DNA of 63,760 nt, filler included, from Asterionella formosa (lineage: Eukaryota), in NCBI GenBank assembly GCA_002256025.1. It is 12 parts of 12 records of this genome, joined end to end, with 100 filler letters (N's around TTAATTAATTAA, not from the genome) between each part and the next. Parts side by side here need not be neighbours in the genome. Positions count along the whole stretch, not along the records: positions 10,668 to 15,897 come from NKIB01013160.1; positions 15,998 to 21,226 come from NKIB01013161.1; positions 21,327 to 26,549 come from NKIB01013162.1; 9 more parts are not named here. One strand, written 5' to 3'. Of the stretch, positions 12,614 to 25,704 are shown in pieces. Each line of letters begins with the position of its first letter. The stretch's first letter is position 1. Under the pieces are notes generated by a model. The model was not told the origin of the DNA and ran no database searches. It worked only from the letters and a program-made list of their open reading frames with translations. Made by a program: the position numbers and the translations under genes.

Positions 12614-12953
12614 CGTTGATGCTGTGTATTTCTCTTATTTGAACCCAGGCCAAACAACCGCTGCCTGTACCACCGCATCCGCCCTTGGAAATGCTGTCCT
12701 CACTCTATCAGGCACCAGTTTGTGCATGAAATTGGGACTTGCCAAGCTCAACGGTACTGAAACCTCCTCCTCTATCCAGAGCGGAACTACCCAGATTGCC
12801 ACCCTCCCTGCCGGCAAACTCAAGACTGGATGTGTCACTCTCTCCTCCGCGAATGTTGCCAGCCTCAACGCCGGAAGTCTTTATTTCAACATCAAGACAA
12901 GTGCTTGCCCCAATGGAGAAACTCGTGGACGCATCTTCCCTGCCCCTGTTTAA
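12570..12953 (+). CDS. Secreted single-domain CHRD-like protein (127 aa), paralog of 10799-11212
   Basis: Signal peptide MKLSVIAALLLSVLSVDA; C-terminus LNAGSLYFNIKTSACPNGETRGRI; the same four Cys as the paralog. Confidence 0.8.
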   Translation: MKLSVIAALLLSVLSVDAVYFSYLNPGQTTAACTTASALGNAVLTLSGTSLCMKLGLAKLNGTETSSSIQSGTTQIATLPAGKLKTGCVTLSSANVASLNAGSLYFNIKTSACPNGETRGRIFPAPV

Positions 12954-13337
12954 GCAGTCATCAAGCATCTGAGTCAGCTTTATTTGTATGCCACAAAGGA
13001 TGCTTATATAAATCTAGCATAAAGGCCCTCGCCTCAGAGTAGCCTTTTTACCCTTACAATTTACCAAAATGTGCTTAGTCTAGAATTATATGTATGTTGC
13101 GAATCCTATCTCACTCGTCGAAACAAAAAGAAGCTCTACGTGGAACACGGAAATATTGTGTACAATACATCAGTAGCAAGGAAGTATTTAACCTTCATAA
13201 CATTTGCTAGCTTTTGACTTTTCCATTCAGAACCTTCTAACAGCATCTCAGTCGCTCTTTACATGCTACTACAGACAGGTAAGCTATTCTAACACAAGCA
13301 TCTCACGAATGACTTTTGTGAAAAAGTGAGGTAGTAT

Positions 13338-13949
13338 TCATCCCTTGGGTAATTCATATTCAGTCACTGGATCCCATGATTGTGTGGAAGAAGGAATAAA
13401 GGGGGGCCGTTGTTTTCGAAAGAATAGTTTGGGACGTTGGCAACTCAGTGGACAAAGTCTGGTCGTACTGGAGCCACAATATTCACAAAAAATAGGAATG
13501 ACATAAGATCCTGGCGCAACAACCAATGTATCGTCTTGATCTGTATGATCAGCTTCGAAAAAGTGAAATAAGGTGATTGGCTGATGACAGGGCTAAAATA
13601 GAATCGACAAAGCGTAAATGTACGTATACCGGTAGTTCGTTGTAAGAAATGGGCAGAGACACTTGTTAGTACGTGCATGTCTTCTTTGTTCTTGTTTCCT
13701 TCTCGAATCACCCAAATTTCTTACCATAAGGAATTGATCCATGTCTGTTTCACATGTAGGTAGACACGGTTCATGCATGCATGGCTGATCAACAGCATCG
13801 TACACCTTCTCGAAGGCTTCTCGTTGCAAGTCACCCATTTGTTTAAGGTATTTGGAGAGCGACGATGATCCCGACGATGCGTCTTGCATTCCTTTCTGAG
13901 ATGTAATGTCGTCGTCGCTTTGCTGCTTTTGCTGTTCGCTGGACGTCAT
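13338..13949 (-). CDS. Hypothetical 159-aa protein with Cys-rich motifs
   Basis: Exon 13949-13725, intron 13724-13593 (GTAAGA...TTTTAG), exon 13592-13338, joined in phase 0. Contains PCMHEPCLPTC and FCEYCGSSTTRLCPLSCQRPKLFF. Confidence 0.7.
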
Positions 13950-15266
13950 CGTATTGCTCAAAGTATTGATGGAGTAAAACAGATAGAGATGAGGAGTGAT
14001 ATGGTTCAAGCAATTGCGACAAACCTATCTCAGATTGCGTCTTGTTCCTTTCTTCGCTCTTTCGTTGCAGTTATTTGGTACAATGATGACTGCAGACAAC
14101 AGGGAAAGAGATATCGGTCAACAGTTAAGAACCAAAGTAACAGTAGCAACGCAATGAATTGGCTGTTGATTTTCAATAAATATATATTATTATTTATGTG
14201 AGAGACGTTTGTTCATTATTTCTGTTCTTTTAACAGGATACCGTATACCGTTATATGTTCTAGGCAATCGCAATACTGCAATGGTATACCGGTATATTTC
14301 GTCAATAATTTTTTTATACCGCATTGGTACTAACGGCAGCCTTTAGCTATACAGGATTGTATTCATTGCGCTCTATAATGGCACAGAAAGTGGGGCGGTG
14401 GAGAGTTTGGGGGGTCCCTAGGGTTCAAGGGTGTGCGGCTGACAAAAAGACAAGTCTTGTTGTATGCACCATAAGGATGAATAAAAATGTTACTAATTGT
14501 TTCCATTCATATGGGCATGAGAGCGATCATTGGATAGCTTTAATGTACTGTAAGATTCAATTGAAATTTTTTCAGTAAACATTACATAGGATTAACCACC
14601 AGTTACTAGTGCAGAAGAAGTCAGTCTTACTAGTTTCGCATGCTGGGCAACCCTTTAACTATTGGGGAATCACTTTATGATTAAAAAATGAAATCACTTG
14701 TAACACACTTTCTAAGACCTTGGATTTTTACGTTTTTCACATCTCTAGTTTTGTTAACGTGGGTGAGACCCCAACCATCTTTTGCGAAAGCTGATTGCCT
14801 TTTGCCGAATTGTTAGAGTAGACGCCAACCACCTAGGAAGGTGGAAAAGGCTGTTTGTTTGTGTTTTGGGTGCTACCCACTTTTCTTGAGCACCAGCAGG
14901 CAAGAACTTACAGGATGGTGAGGACCAAGGGAGTTGAAGCACACCCAGTGCATTTGTTGTTACTAGCTTGATCATCATTGTTGAATTTAATGCCATTCCT
15001 TGTCTCCAACTATGATCATCCAGGCGAAGATTATACCAATCCAACAGCATTTTTTTGATTGCGCTGCTCCTACAATGAAGAATATGAGGCCCCAAACAAC
15101 GTTTTCCTTGCTTGCTGGCCACCTGACCCCTGAGTAGCGTCATTAACACTATTGTCGCATGGCTGCCTGTACACAGATGTTGTCTCCGCAAAATGTTGCT
15201 TTTATTTGTCTCGAAATTTCAAAAGTCAAGAATGGTGTTGCTTTCACCATGGCATCTCAAATGCAC

Positions 15267-15294
15267 CTGTCTGTCTGTCTGTCTGTCTGTCTGT
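15267..15294. repeat. (CTGT)7 microsatellite
   Basis: Read directly from the sequence. Confidence 0.95.
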
Positions 15295-16079
15295 GATTCA
15301 AGGATAGAGTGCAGGGAGCGTTAGTGGATGTTGTTGGCAACAAGAAATATCAGCAATCAGCCAATGCATTCTTTTCAACTGACAATTTCCAATTGACAAT
15401 CTTCTCACACAAGTCTGACTTCCATCCACCATGCAAACATGTACTGCCAAAAGGACAATTCTCTATCCCAATTCAACACTTACCTTCTATGGAGTTTCGC
15501 AACAATGCGCGCTGTAACCACGTGCTGTACTGCCAGTGCAAACATCACCATTGGATGATGCATGATGATGGTGTGTTCGACTTTTATGAGTTTTCATAAT
15601 ATTTGTTTAAATCTAAATCTATTTAGTAGAAAATTATAGTGATCACATTTTATTAAATTTACATAGCAATATGATACCACTATAGCCCGAATTTCGATTC
15701 ATGATGTATGCAGTATGCATATTAGCTTGTTTTGATGAAAATAAATTTTGTCAAAAGTATAGAATTTCTGGTCAGCATTTTCAGGGCTGCATCCTGTGGT
15801 TACAGAGGGGGTGCTCAAGAAATTCTTATCAGAAATTCTTTACTATTGATAACATTACATAATCAAGGTACCTGAATGAGATCCAAACAATTTCTCCNNN
15901 NNNNNNNNNNNNNNNNNNNNNNNNNNNNNNNNNNNNNNNNNTTAATTAATTAANNNNNNNNNNNNNNNNNNNNNNNNNNNNNNNNNNNNNNNNNNNNTTG
16001 GGGACGACACAAATGAGATTTAGAGTTAGGAGCTAAATAAAAAATTGAATCCCGGTGATTGCATTTTTCATCATTCTCC

Positions 16080-17780
16080 CTATTTTTTCGTCCTTTCGGT
16101 TGACTGAGCTATTGCGAGAAGTTGTTCTTGTAATTTTTCGAAACAATTATTGACCGCTTCCGAAGTCTTCCCTGTTATGAAAATGTATGGCTTTTTGGAG
16201 CTGCACACGCCGACATTGCAATTCGTGACTTGTTGGAACTTTATAATTTCTTTGCCTTTATGGCCGGTAAAAATTCGAACAACATTTTGATGCTTCGGTG
16301 GAAGAAGAAATATTGCCATCCAAGTATACCGTTGCAAGTCTGGCGGTAATAGCGTCCAGACAGCCTTGTTGCTATAGCGGAAAAACTCATCACAGTTTTT
16401 GTTTGCCATGAAAATATCATAGAGAAATCGATGGATATCTCTTTTGTCATCCACAGACGTTGTCGCTTCTTTTAGTATACTCGCCGTTGCTCCATGGAGG
16501 TCCTCTCGAGATGCACCCTCAACATGAATCACGAGCCCCAACAATTCGTTGTCACTGGGACGCACCAAGTTTCCACTCATCCATATTAGACATCCGGTCT
16601 GATCTTCTAATGGGCTTCGCCATTGTGATTCTTTGGGACGGAAATTATCTATTACCGGCGGGACAAGCATGATCAGACCAGTTAGAAGTATTAGCAATCC
16701 AAACCAGCTATTTAAGTTGCGAAAAAAGCTCTTACCTCTGAGCTTGGCTGGGTTCACCCAATTTGGAAGTATTATTTGTCGGTATGCAAGGTGCAATTCA
16801 CAATTAATTCTACGCTCGCTACTGAGCTCTCCTTGCTTCTGTGTAGATTGGGCCCCCCATGGTGCTGCCAAGGAATCTTGTTCAGCTCCATCATCATCGT
16901 CAGAATCCAGCAGTTCAATAATAATTTGTTCCTTCGCTTCTGAAGTACCTAGATCGCTCGTTGGTAGTTGTGGAGGTAGTTCATTCATCAATATAGGTGC
17001 TGTTTTGCACTTCGTGACCGGGCCTGTATTGCTGCCTTCAGGGTAAATTTCTATTCCATCAGGTGGAATAGATTCTTCCTTTACTGGTTGGATCGATTTA
17101 GATTCGAGAAACTGAATATCACTACTAGCAACCATCAATACTGGTGCTGCTACGTTCTCCATGACCGAACTGCTTTGAGGGTGATATTCAATCATTTCCG
17201 TTGGAATCGATTCTGCCTTGACGGATTGTAACGATGCTGAGTCGATATATTGTTCATTACGAGGCTCTATCATCGACGTAACTTCTACCATGGATTCCAG
17301 CCTGAACCGTTTGGAAGCCTTCTCATCATCTCGCCGGAACGTCAATCGATGAACTTGAACGTCGTTCCACATGGGTCCACCGATGATTTGAATGGCATAA
17401 AGTGCAGGTGCCGAGACGGATTCTTGGTGACTCCCCATTACTATTGCAGCCTCGCCATCGCACCACACTGGTGTTTGTGAAACGAAATGTACGTCGCTTT
17501 GCTTCGCCAACAAAGTTTCGGGGGTTTGATTCGATGAAATTGTGTATACATTTTCCCGGTCTTGACTGAGAATATTGATGGCAACTGATAGAACCGTCCC
17601 AATAGTGACTTTGGGAAACGGACTTGAGTCTTCGAAATGCAAAACAGTGGTCCCAATGGGAAAGCGTTGCTTTTCCGCTTGCTCGGGAGTCATTGCCAAG
17701 AGGTATTTCATGTCAATGTGCTGTTGAACTACTCCGTAGCTAGAACTCTTTTGAGTGTCACTTTCGATTGCGGCCGCCAT
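16080..17780 (-). CDS. KH-domain protein with N-terminal Tudor/SH3-like beta domains
   Basis: 566-codon ORF with a probable in-frame 87-nt intron 16735-16649 (GTAAGA...CTAAC...AATAG). C-terminal VRIFTGHKGKEIIKFQQVTNCNV...IFITG carries the KH GxxG loop. Confidence 0.7.
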   Translation of the reverse strand: MAAAIESDTQKSSSYGVVQQHIDMKYLLAMTPEQAEKQRFPIGTTVLHFEDSSPFPKVTIGTVLSVAINILSQDRENVYTISSNQTPETLLAKQSDVHFVSQTPVWCDGEAAIVMGSHQESVSAPALYAIQIIGGPMWNDVQVHRLTFRRDDEKASKRFRLESMVEVTSMIEPRNEQYIDSASLQSVKAESIPTEMIEYHPQSSSVMENVAAPVLMVASSDIQFLESKSIQPVKEESIPPDGIEIYPEGSNTGPVTKCKTAPILMNELPPQLPTSDLGTSEAKEQIIIELLDSDDDDGAEQDSLAAPWGAQSTQKQGELSSERRINCELHLAYRQIILPNWVNPAKLRGKSFFRNLNSWFGLLILLTGLIMLVPPVIDNFRPKESQWRSPLEDQTGCLIWMSGNLVRPSDNELLGLVIHVEGASREDLHGATASILKEATTSVDDKRDIHRFLYDIFMANKNCDEFFRYSNKAVWTLLPPDLQRYTWMAIFLLPPKHQNVVRIFTGHKGKEIIKFQQVTNCNVGVCSSKKPYIFITGKTSEAVNNCFEKLQEQLLAIAQSTERTKK

Positions 17781-18427
17781 GTTGCTGGCGCTGTAGATCT
17801 ACTCCTGAATCAACTGTAGGCAAGTCTACAACTATTGACGATTGAGAGCACAGAACTGAAAGTCACGAGGTTGTCCAAATACGGTGCAGCAAAACAACTA
17901 GAATTGAATGTACGCACAAATACATACCGGTACACTGGAGACCAATATATAGAAGTCCAAACATCAGACAGTACTATCGGTATGTCAGCATGCTGGGTGC
18001 TTTCGATGGAATTTTTCAAAAATTCGGTGAGGATTGAATACATGTATAATGCTTTCACTGCATTATTGGACTACCGGTACAGGGAATTGCGTATTAGTAC
18101 CTTACCGGTAGTAAGTTGCATCAGTTTTGAAATTGTGTGGTACGCGACTCCGCAATTTTTTGGAGACGCAATTGTTATGTTGGGTTCGACTCCCACACTC
18201 CTTATCATCCCGCACGGTCTTGCCTGGCATGCAAGAAACAGGGAGTTGCCCCGTTGCAATTATCAAGACGGCGATGACATAAATTAATAAATAATAGTTT
18301 GTCATCAAAAATGATTTTGCTGCTGCTGTGTGAGGCGAAGGGAAACAATCGTTTCTTGTATGTTATACATACATGCTGACATTAAAGTAAAGGGACCCTC
18401 AAGGCCAAGAAAGCACATCATTGCGGC

Positions 18428-20018
18428 ATGACGGCAGACAATCTTTGGAATAATCCGGGGGCTATTGCTGCGACACTAGCTGCGTCTACCTTCGCCACTC
18501 TCATCTGGTGGCAGAGATCCTCGTCCCGGCGCAAGTTCAAGAAACAGAAACAGCGATGGTCCATTACTTCCACTGTCATGGGAGTCGGCGCCTTTCCTCC
18601 CGCAATCAACGTCCCGGAACCGGTCATTAATGCTTGCATACTCTTTCAGGACTGCCCATCCGTTCACGACATCGTACAGCAAGTTGTACCGAAAATGCTG
18701 GAGTACAAGCGCATGGCGACCATTCCCATGCCACACACGAGTTCGGACCGGTCTTGTGTTGGATTAAATCCTTCCGACTTGGTGCGCCGCGTGGAAATAG
18801 ATGGAGACGATGACACCATGTACGAAACGGTCACTGAATACTTGCATGAACCCCTGTCGTCGGGGCGAGGACACCTTCCGTGGTGGGAGATTTTGATTAT
18901 TGATGTACGTTGTTTTTCGTTACCAGGGTACCATGTGTGTGTGTGATGCCTCCTGTTCTGGTCCCTTACAGAATTGCAATATTTTCACTACTGTTTAGAA
19001 TAAAGGAAGTGGGAAGAGCTGCGCACTATGGAGAGTTCATCACTGTTTGGCCGACGGATTGAGTATGGTAGCTTTGACCGAGCAGATCATTAGGTACGCC
19101 GACGGATCTCCCATGGAACCCCTCATACCCGAAGGAATGCGCAAAAAATTCAAGATAAAGAAACCGTGGTACCAGCTCTTCTTTGAAGTGCTCGTCAGTG
19201 CTATCAAGATTCTCACCATGCCGGCATCCAACTACGATCATCCCACAGTCTTCTCAAAGTGCATGAATAAGGACTTGATTCACAATAGAAATAGAGAATT
19301 GGTGCGTTTTGTAGACACACCTCTCGATTTTGTCAAGGAGATCAAGAATGCAGCCAACGTGACCATCAACGATGTCTTGTACACATGTCTTTCGCAAGCG
19401 ATTCATATGTACCTCGTTCGCGAGGAGTGCCCCATTCTCGCAGAACAGGGATCCAAACTGCTCTGTCGATCACTCATGCCGGTGGGATTTCCTCGAAACA
19501 AGGAGGCCGTCCTCGACAAGGAACAGGCATTAGGAAACAAGTGGTGTTTCATTGAAACTGATTTCTTTGTCGGTCAAACTGACATTATGGAACGTCTGAA
19601 ATTGGTACATCAACAAATGACGGCCTTGAAAACGTCCCCAACTGCTGTTGTACAGTTAAATCTGCAAAATATGCTCCCCACAGTTTTGCCGCGCTCATTC
19701 ACGCAGCAAGCCACTTTTGATATTTTCTCTCGTCGGTCTGTTATTTTTTCGAATGTGCCGGGACCTACTAAACCATGCTTATTTGCGAGCAAGGAAGTAA
19801 TTGGAGTGCAAATGTTTTTCTCAAACCTGATTCCACAGACTGGCTTTATCAGTTACCGGGGACAAATTTTCGGAAACATTTGTCTCGACCCAGAGGGAAT
19901 TCGCAATTGCAAATCCATTTCCATCCTTTACAGTCAAGCCTTGGTGCTAATGGCAGAGAGAGTGAATGTTGCCATTCCTAACATTGTTGCCCAGCACGCG
20001 AAGCAACCCATGCTATGA
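18428..20018 (+). CDS. Wax ester synthase/diacylglycerol acyltransferase (WS/DGAT family)
   Basis: Exon 18428-18904, intron 18905-18998, exon 18999-20018. Catalytic HHCLADG (HHxxxDG), LPWWE, TINDV, GNKW and FSNVPGP motifs; N-terminal hydrophobic anchor. Confidence 0.9.
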
Positions 20019-20546
20019 TAAGGTGAGTTGTTCGTTGCCCTTTTTCTCGTGTTTCGCTTGATTCATTCAAGGACCAATTACTAGGCCTTCGCCCCTCCTC
20101 CGTGGGTAGAAAGTTTTCCATTTCGTGTCCAACAGCGTACCAACTTGATGCATTCATTGCAACGCAGTCAATGCGCTGCTCCGTATCGGGTCCTGGCTCC
20201 TACTCTAAAGGGAGAGGACGGCGTTTCTCAATACGCTTTGTCTTCTGGGAGGTATAGTAGCGACATTTCGACATACTACATTAACTTGCTGCTTCAAACC
20301 ACAGGTAGTTTGGGTTTACCAGCGCAACATGTTGCATACATCTGAAGTCCACATTTTTAATTGCAAATTGCTAGATTGGTTTGAAAGATTTTTAAAATGT
20401 AATTCTACAAAATAAATCAATTGATAGTTTGAGTGCTAATGTAATCAGTGTACGACGAGGAATCGAGTGCAGTTAGAGTGAATTCCAAAACATTTTGCTC
20501 AGCCAACTTGCTGGAGTGGCAACAAGGTTAGCTTACGACACTGTAT

Positions 20547-21226
20547 TTAGCTGAACAAATAATCAACCGGTTGGGGATTACTTCCAGGAGATACCTCTTC
20601 TGCAAGTTGATCTACCATTTGTCTCCACGGCACAATGCCAACGCCGCGTCGAATGACCTTGCCGTTACTAGCAATCACAATGGCGATGCCCTCTTGAATA
20701 CATTTTTTGCCAGATTGCAAAACAGCGTCATTCATTTCAGCATCAATGTATTCCTTCCATCCATCTCCCATGGTTTGTGCTACGTACGCTTGGTTCTCAT
20801 AGGCAGGTCGTTCTGCAAATCCACCCGATGGACTCACATCAGCATTACTCTTCCCAGTGTCGTATGGGATCACCAATACATTGTTCATGGCGAAATCCAT
20901 CTTCAAAATATTTGCTCCAATCAACGCTTTTGTACATGCCATTCTCGGTCCCGCAACAATAATCATGTGTTGCTTAGCTCCCGCCTGGACGTCTTGCACT
21001 TTGGCCGCTTGTGTCTTTCCATCCGCGCTAATTCTGATCTCCAACATCAAATTAGCGAGTGCTTGCTCACGCAAGCGCATGGCTTTGGCCACTTTGCTCT
21101 GTTCTCGCTTAAGCTCCAATTTAGTCTCAACTTTCTCATCAAGTTCACTCTGTTTCTCCAAATCAAACTTGGCAGCAAGTGCAAAGGCAGCAACTGCTCC
21201 AAAATCAATGGCCAAGTTCGTATACT
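20547..21226 (-). CDS. LPA1-like (low PSII accumulation 1/DUF3493) protein, C-terminal part
   Basis: NLAIDFGAVAAFA transmembrane end, IIVAGP, VLVIPY, W..YI, and C-terminal NGKVIRRGVGIVPW. The 5' part is cut by the scaffold end. Confidence 0.65.
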
Positions 21227-21655
21227 NNNNNNNNNNNNNNNNNNNNNNNNNNNNNNNNNNNNNNNNNNNNTTAATTAATTAANNNNNNNNNNNNNNNNNN
21301 NNNNNNNNNNNNNNNNNNNNNNNNNNACAGCGACGATTCAGTTTATAACAATATTCAGTCTCAACAAGACAAACAGCAATTGAGACTAAAAACTCTACAA
21401 GGATTGAATTCAGAAACCAAGGTGCAATATTCAGATTTCCAAGATCACACCGGCTTTCTCCCTGAAAATACAATGGAAATGCCCCTTCCTCCTCAATTTC
21501 AACTTCCAAGTAAACATGCTCTATACATGCGCGCATCCAATCGAATTAGAACTCATGTTATTACTTAACGAGAATTAACTTCCACCAGTTTACTTTGATC
21601 ATCTAATGAAATGGCTGTTCAAGGCCAAAGCAATGAAATATTTTGAAAAAAACGC

Positions 21656-23900
21656 ATGGATATTTCATTTCCACCAACATTAGCTGGTGGTCAACTGTTG
21701 ACCAAACAACTACAGATTGATAACAATTCAAACATGATCATCCCACGCACACTCCATTATTTCGAACCAGTACAGCTCATGTCAGGATTGATAAGTGATT
21801 CCGATATCATGCAACATTTTGTATGTCACCCACAAGTGAAACTTACAACTTGTGGAGAACGCATACATGACAACGTAACTTCCGCGACTTGGTTTGAAAA
21901 TGCATTCAACAATTCTCCTGCTTCAGAAAATGGAGTGTTGAAGGCAAGACAGGGTGTTTATTTGTTGCCCTAGCAGTTTTCAGTGATGGTTCACCTATTG
22001 ATAAACAAATGAAACATTCCGAGCATCCGTTTTGGTTGACAATGTTAAACTTAACGTTAGAAGGAAGGAAAAAGGTTGATGGATGGCAATTGGTATCTCT
22101 TTTGCCAGACATTGAAGTCAGTGATCTAGAGAAACAAATGAATAATAAGTTATCTGGTGACGACTTGTCCTTATGTAGACTCAAATTATGCCATTCTGTT
22201 ACAGGATTTCTATTGTCGCCTTTCGAAGATCCAAACAAGTCATACGATATTTGGGTTCATGGTCTTTGTATGACAAAATTTTATTACCAGATTGGAATGA
22301 TCATTGGTGATACAGAAGAGCACAACAAAATTTGTGGTTTCAGGGGTGGCAATGGATTATATCGACGATATGTTTGTCGTGATTGCCTGGTTTCAACTGA
22401 AGATGCTGATAATCCCGATATTGGATGTGAACGTCGTAAAGTGTCAGATGTTAAAAACTTTTAAAACAAATTTCTTGACAAAAATGCATTTCCTCATGAA
22501 AAATTACCATGTATCCCACCTGAGTATTGTGTCTCCCAATCTAATGGCAAATAGGAGACCTACACAACAGCAAACGAGTGGTGCCGTCGTGTTATAGTAT
22601 CGCATAATCCTATTATGCCTGCACTAATAAATCATTATTTTGGTGGTGACTTAAAAGGATTATTTGGTGCAACTCCATTTGAGGTTCTTCATCAATTACT
22701 ACTTGGAATATTCAAGTACATTTTGGAATCATTGTACAATTATCGGACTATCCCTGAAGAATGGACATGTTTTTTTAAAGAAAGAAAATCTCCAGATATT
22801 CCAGAGAACATCTCTGATCAGAAACGTATCACTGAAACAACATACACTGCTTTTCTTGATCAACAGCAACCGAAGAAACGGGCAAAGACCAAAAAGGACA
22901 CACGCACCAGTTACCAAAAATATCTACACTGGCAAAAATCAAGACCCAACATTTGTACCAGCACCAGAAATGTATTTTCGAAACTATACTATACTTCGAA
23001 CAAAGTGGCTGCTAGATATATCAATAGTCATTTGGAAAGGCAAAGCGATCGTGATATTCCAAAATTGTTTTACAGATCTGGGATGACAGTTTTGTCAAAA
23101 ATGTCAGGGCAAGGCAAGAAATTCCCGGATTATGTCGGTTAACTATTTTTTCAATGGGTGGAATGAGGGGTTGTTCAGAGAACATGCACCTAGAAAAGGA
23201 TTTCACATTGCTGTTATGGTTATGTATATCTATCAATGACACTTTATTCATACCGCTGTATACATCAACATGTATTGATATTTTAGAGGAAAAGGTGAAG
23301 AGATTTATGTCAGTTACTAAGATTATGATTGGTCCCCAACGGGAAATGATATCTCAAATTGGCTTACGAATGGCAAAATTTCATGGAATGAAAGATTACC
23401 TTCATCTGATTAGGAAGTTCGGATCTCCTCTTAATTTTTTTGGTGGATATTTGGAGTCTTTTTTGAAAGACAAATTGAAACGACCCAGTAAGCGTGTCAA
23501 TGGACAATTACATAGATTAAAGCATGACATTTTAACAAGGTCACATGAAACAAGGCAGTTTTCCTTGGCACGAAAATTTGTTTTTGCAAGTGATACATTA
23601 CATACAGAAAACAAACAAAAGAAGAGGAGTAAAGTAGTACATATGAATGTAACTGAGGGTATTTCAACAGAAATTGATTTCGAGGGAATGATTCCGGATA
23701 CAAGGATGTTGCCTGGTACGTCGCCTGATAATTCGGGAATATCGCCTACCAAGATCCATTCACCATCCCTTCCTGTTAAAGTTCAATTCTCTGCTTTATC
23801 ATCAAATGGTCTATGGACTATAGCAGGTGTCCCTAATAAGATTGGGCATGTATCACGGAGTAAGGATGCACCCTTGTCTCAATTGGTTCATCTGCTTTGA
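21656..23900 (+). pseudogene. Plavaka-type (CMC/CACTA-related) transposase pseudogene
   Basis: Ordered motifs VFSDGS, HPFWLTMLNL, IIGDTEEHNKICG, CRDC, TPFEVLHQLLLG and KFH...IRKFGSPLNFFGGYLESFLK. In-frame stops (e.g. 22462-22464) and frameshifts near 21960 and 23140. Confidence 0.75.
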
Positions 23901-24308
23901 AACCACAGGAATCAAGGAAATCCCTGATACCGCGAGAAGTTTTGGAACAGATACGGAAAGATAATTTTTATGTTGCCATGCCTCCACGTCATTCATGGAA
24001 ATCAATCGGGTGGGACCAAAAACTAACAAGCGAACGTTGATAAATACACGAGAATAATATAAATAATAGTGATAATATAATTTCACATACTATTGTCACA
24101 AACTAAAATGTCCTGAGGAATGATGAGATTGGCTGATCCCAATGGTTCATTATTTGTTCTTTTTCACTCCCATAGAACCTAAGATGGTCCTTCTCGTTTT
24201 GTCCGAAAATTTTCTTCTCCACTTTTCAACTGCAGTTCGATATGAGTCTGTAAACTTTTTCAATTTGATTCCAGAAGGGCTATCATATCATCAGTTACAA
24301 AATATTTT

Positions 24309-25099
24309 TTATAAAATTTTGTCAATTTTGATGCATCCAGAAATTTGGCCAAGAGGTGCATGATTATACCATTTGAAGGGAGCAACTTTTTCATTCATTT
24401 GTTGTATCATGGATTTCACGTTGACAACATCATCCTTCTTGAAAGATGAATTGCAAGGAAGTCGTCCAAATACTTCGTTCAACATTTTTAAATCTAAAGA
24501 GAAGCTCAAAGTTTTGTCGATACAAAATTGAAGAACAGTAATTTCCAACTGAAACATATCCTCACGAATGTTTGTCGTTGTCACTTGAGGCCAAACTGTT
24601 CCAAGATGAAAGTATGTTGACTTGGTTGGTGGGTCAGATGTAACAGATAACAAATCGTCTGTTCGATCAGTTGCTACCACCTGACGTTTTGAAACTTTCC
24701 AGGACTCCGTCTCAAAACGGAATTGTGCCCGGTTGCCAAGAAATTTGGTTTTGCCATTCCTTTCTAGTTGCAATAGAGTTTCCAATACTTTCACAATTGT
24801 AAATGTTCCACATGACCATCCACTATTATCTTCTGGTTGAAATAACATGGAATCATGTTCAGTGGCCATAATGATCTGCAATGGTGCTTTGGTGCCAGTA
24901 TAGAGAGATTCCGATAAACCAATTTCTTCAGGTGTATGGGATTCTTGTGGAAGATATCCTGTTTTGGTGCATAACAATTCCAATTGTTTCGTGCATCCAG
25001 GGATGATTCAGTACTTACGGGCAAGGTGAAATACTTGATCATTTTGTTCATCCAAACTTGCATCTTTTCCTCGATCACGGACTTGACATAATCCATCAT
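24309..25099 (-). pseudogene. Frameshifted second ORF convergent with the transposase; possible Ulp1/C48 protease-like accessory gene
   Basis: Overlapping ORFs 25099-24791 and 24983-24309. FQPEDNSGWSCGTF resembles the Q-x(n)-CG-x-F catalytic Cys motif. Confidence 0.35.
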
Positions 25100-25704
25100 T
25101 TATAGCAAAAATAATGCACAAAATGGTTGTTTTCCTCCTCATCTGATCTTTTGCAATAAAAAATTAGCACATAGTTACTGTCATGATGAAGTGGATGACA
25201 ATCACCTTGGTATATATATGGTTTGTTTTTAGCCCTTTTCTGGGTTCTCATCCAGATCAAATATATCCTTCACATCAGCCAGTTGGATGAAGTTCATGAA
25301 TTATATAATAGTAGTTGTTTCAAGGTCCCAATATGCAAGATCTTTAAAATCTGAAGATAATTTTTTGATACTACCTTTGACTCCATAAAATACAGAGGCG
25401 TAATTGCAGATTTGTTGTGGGGTACGTGTGTACAAATCTTTCCACAATTTTAGTTGACACTTGTCCCTCTATTGATGGGGATGACATGGACACCGACTTT
25501 TCCAGGAGCAAACAACAATGACGAGACCCATTTGTCGCTCTATTGATGGTAACAAAGATGCGGACAAGTTCAACAGTGAATACAAGAACAACATACCAGT
25601 GAAAACAAGTCAACAGTGTGTGTACGCACACGCCAACAAGCAGGTTTGAGGCAACGGACAGTTCCAATAAGCAAATGACGATACGGATATCAAATATTTC
25701 CTAC

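Noticed and set aside
14750..15600. Possible pogo-like transposase relic; about 40 bp shared with about 35152-35190
   Set aside because: The short similarity is real, but no diagnostic catalytic motif could be read.
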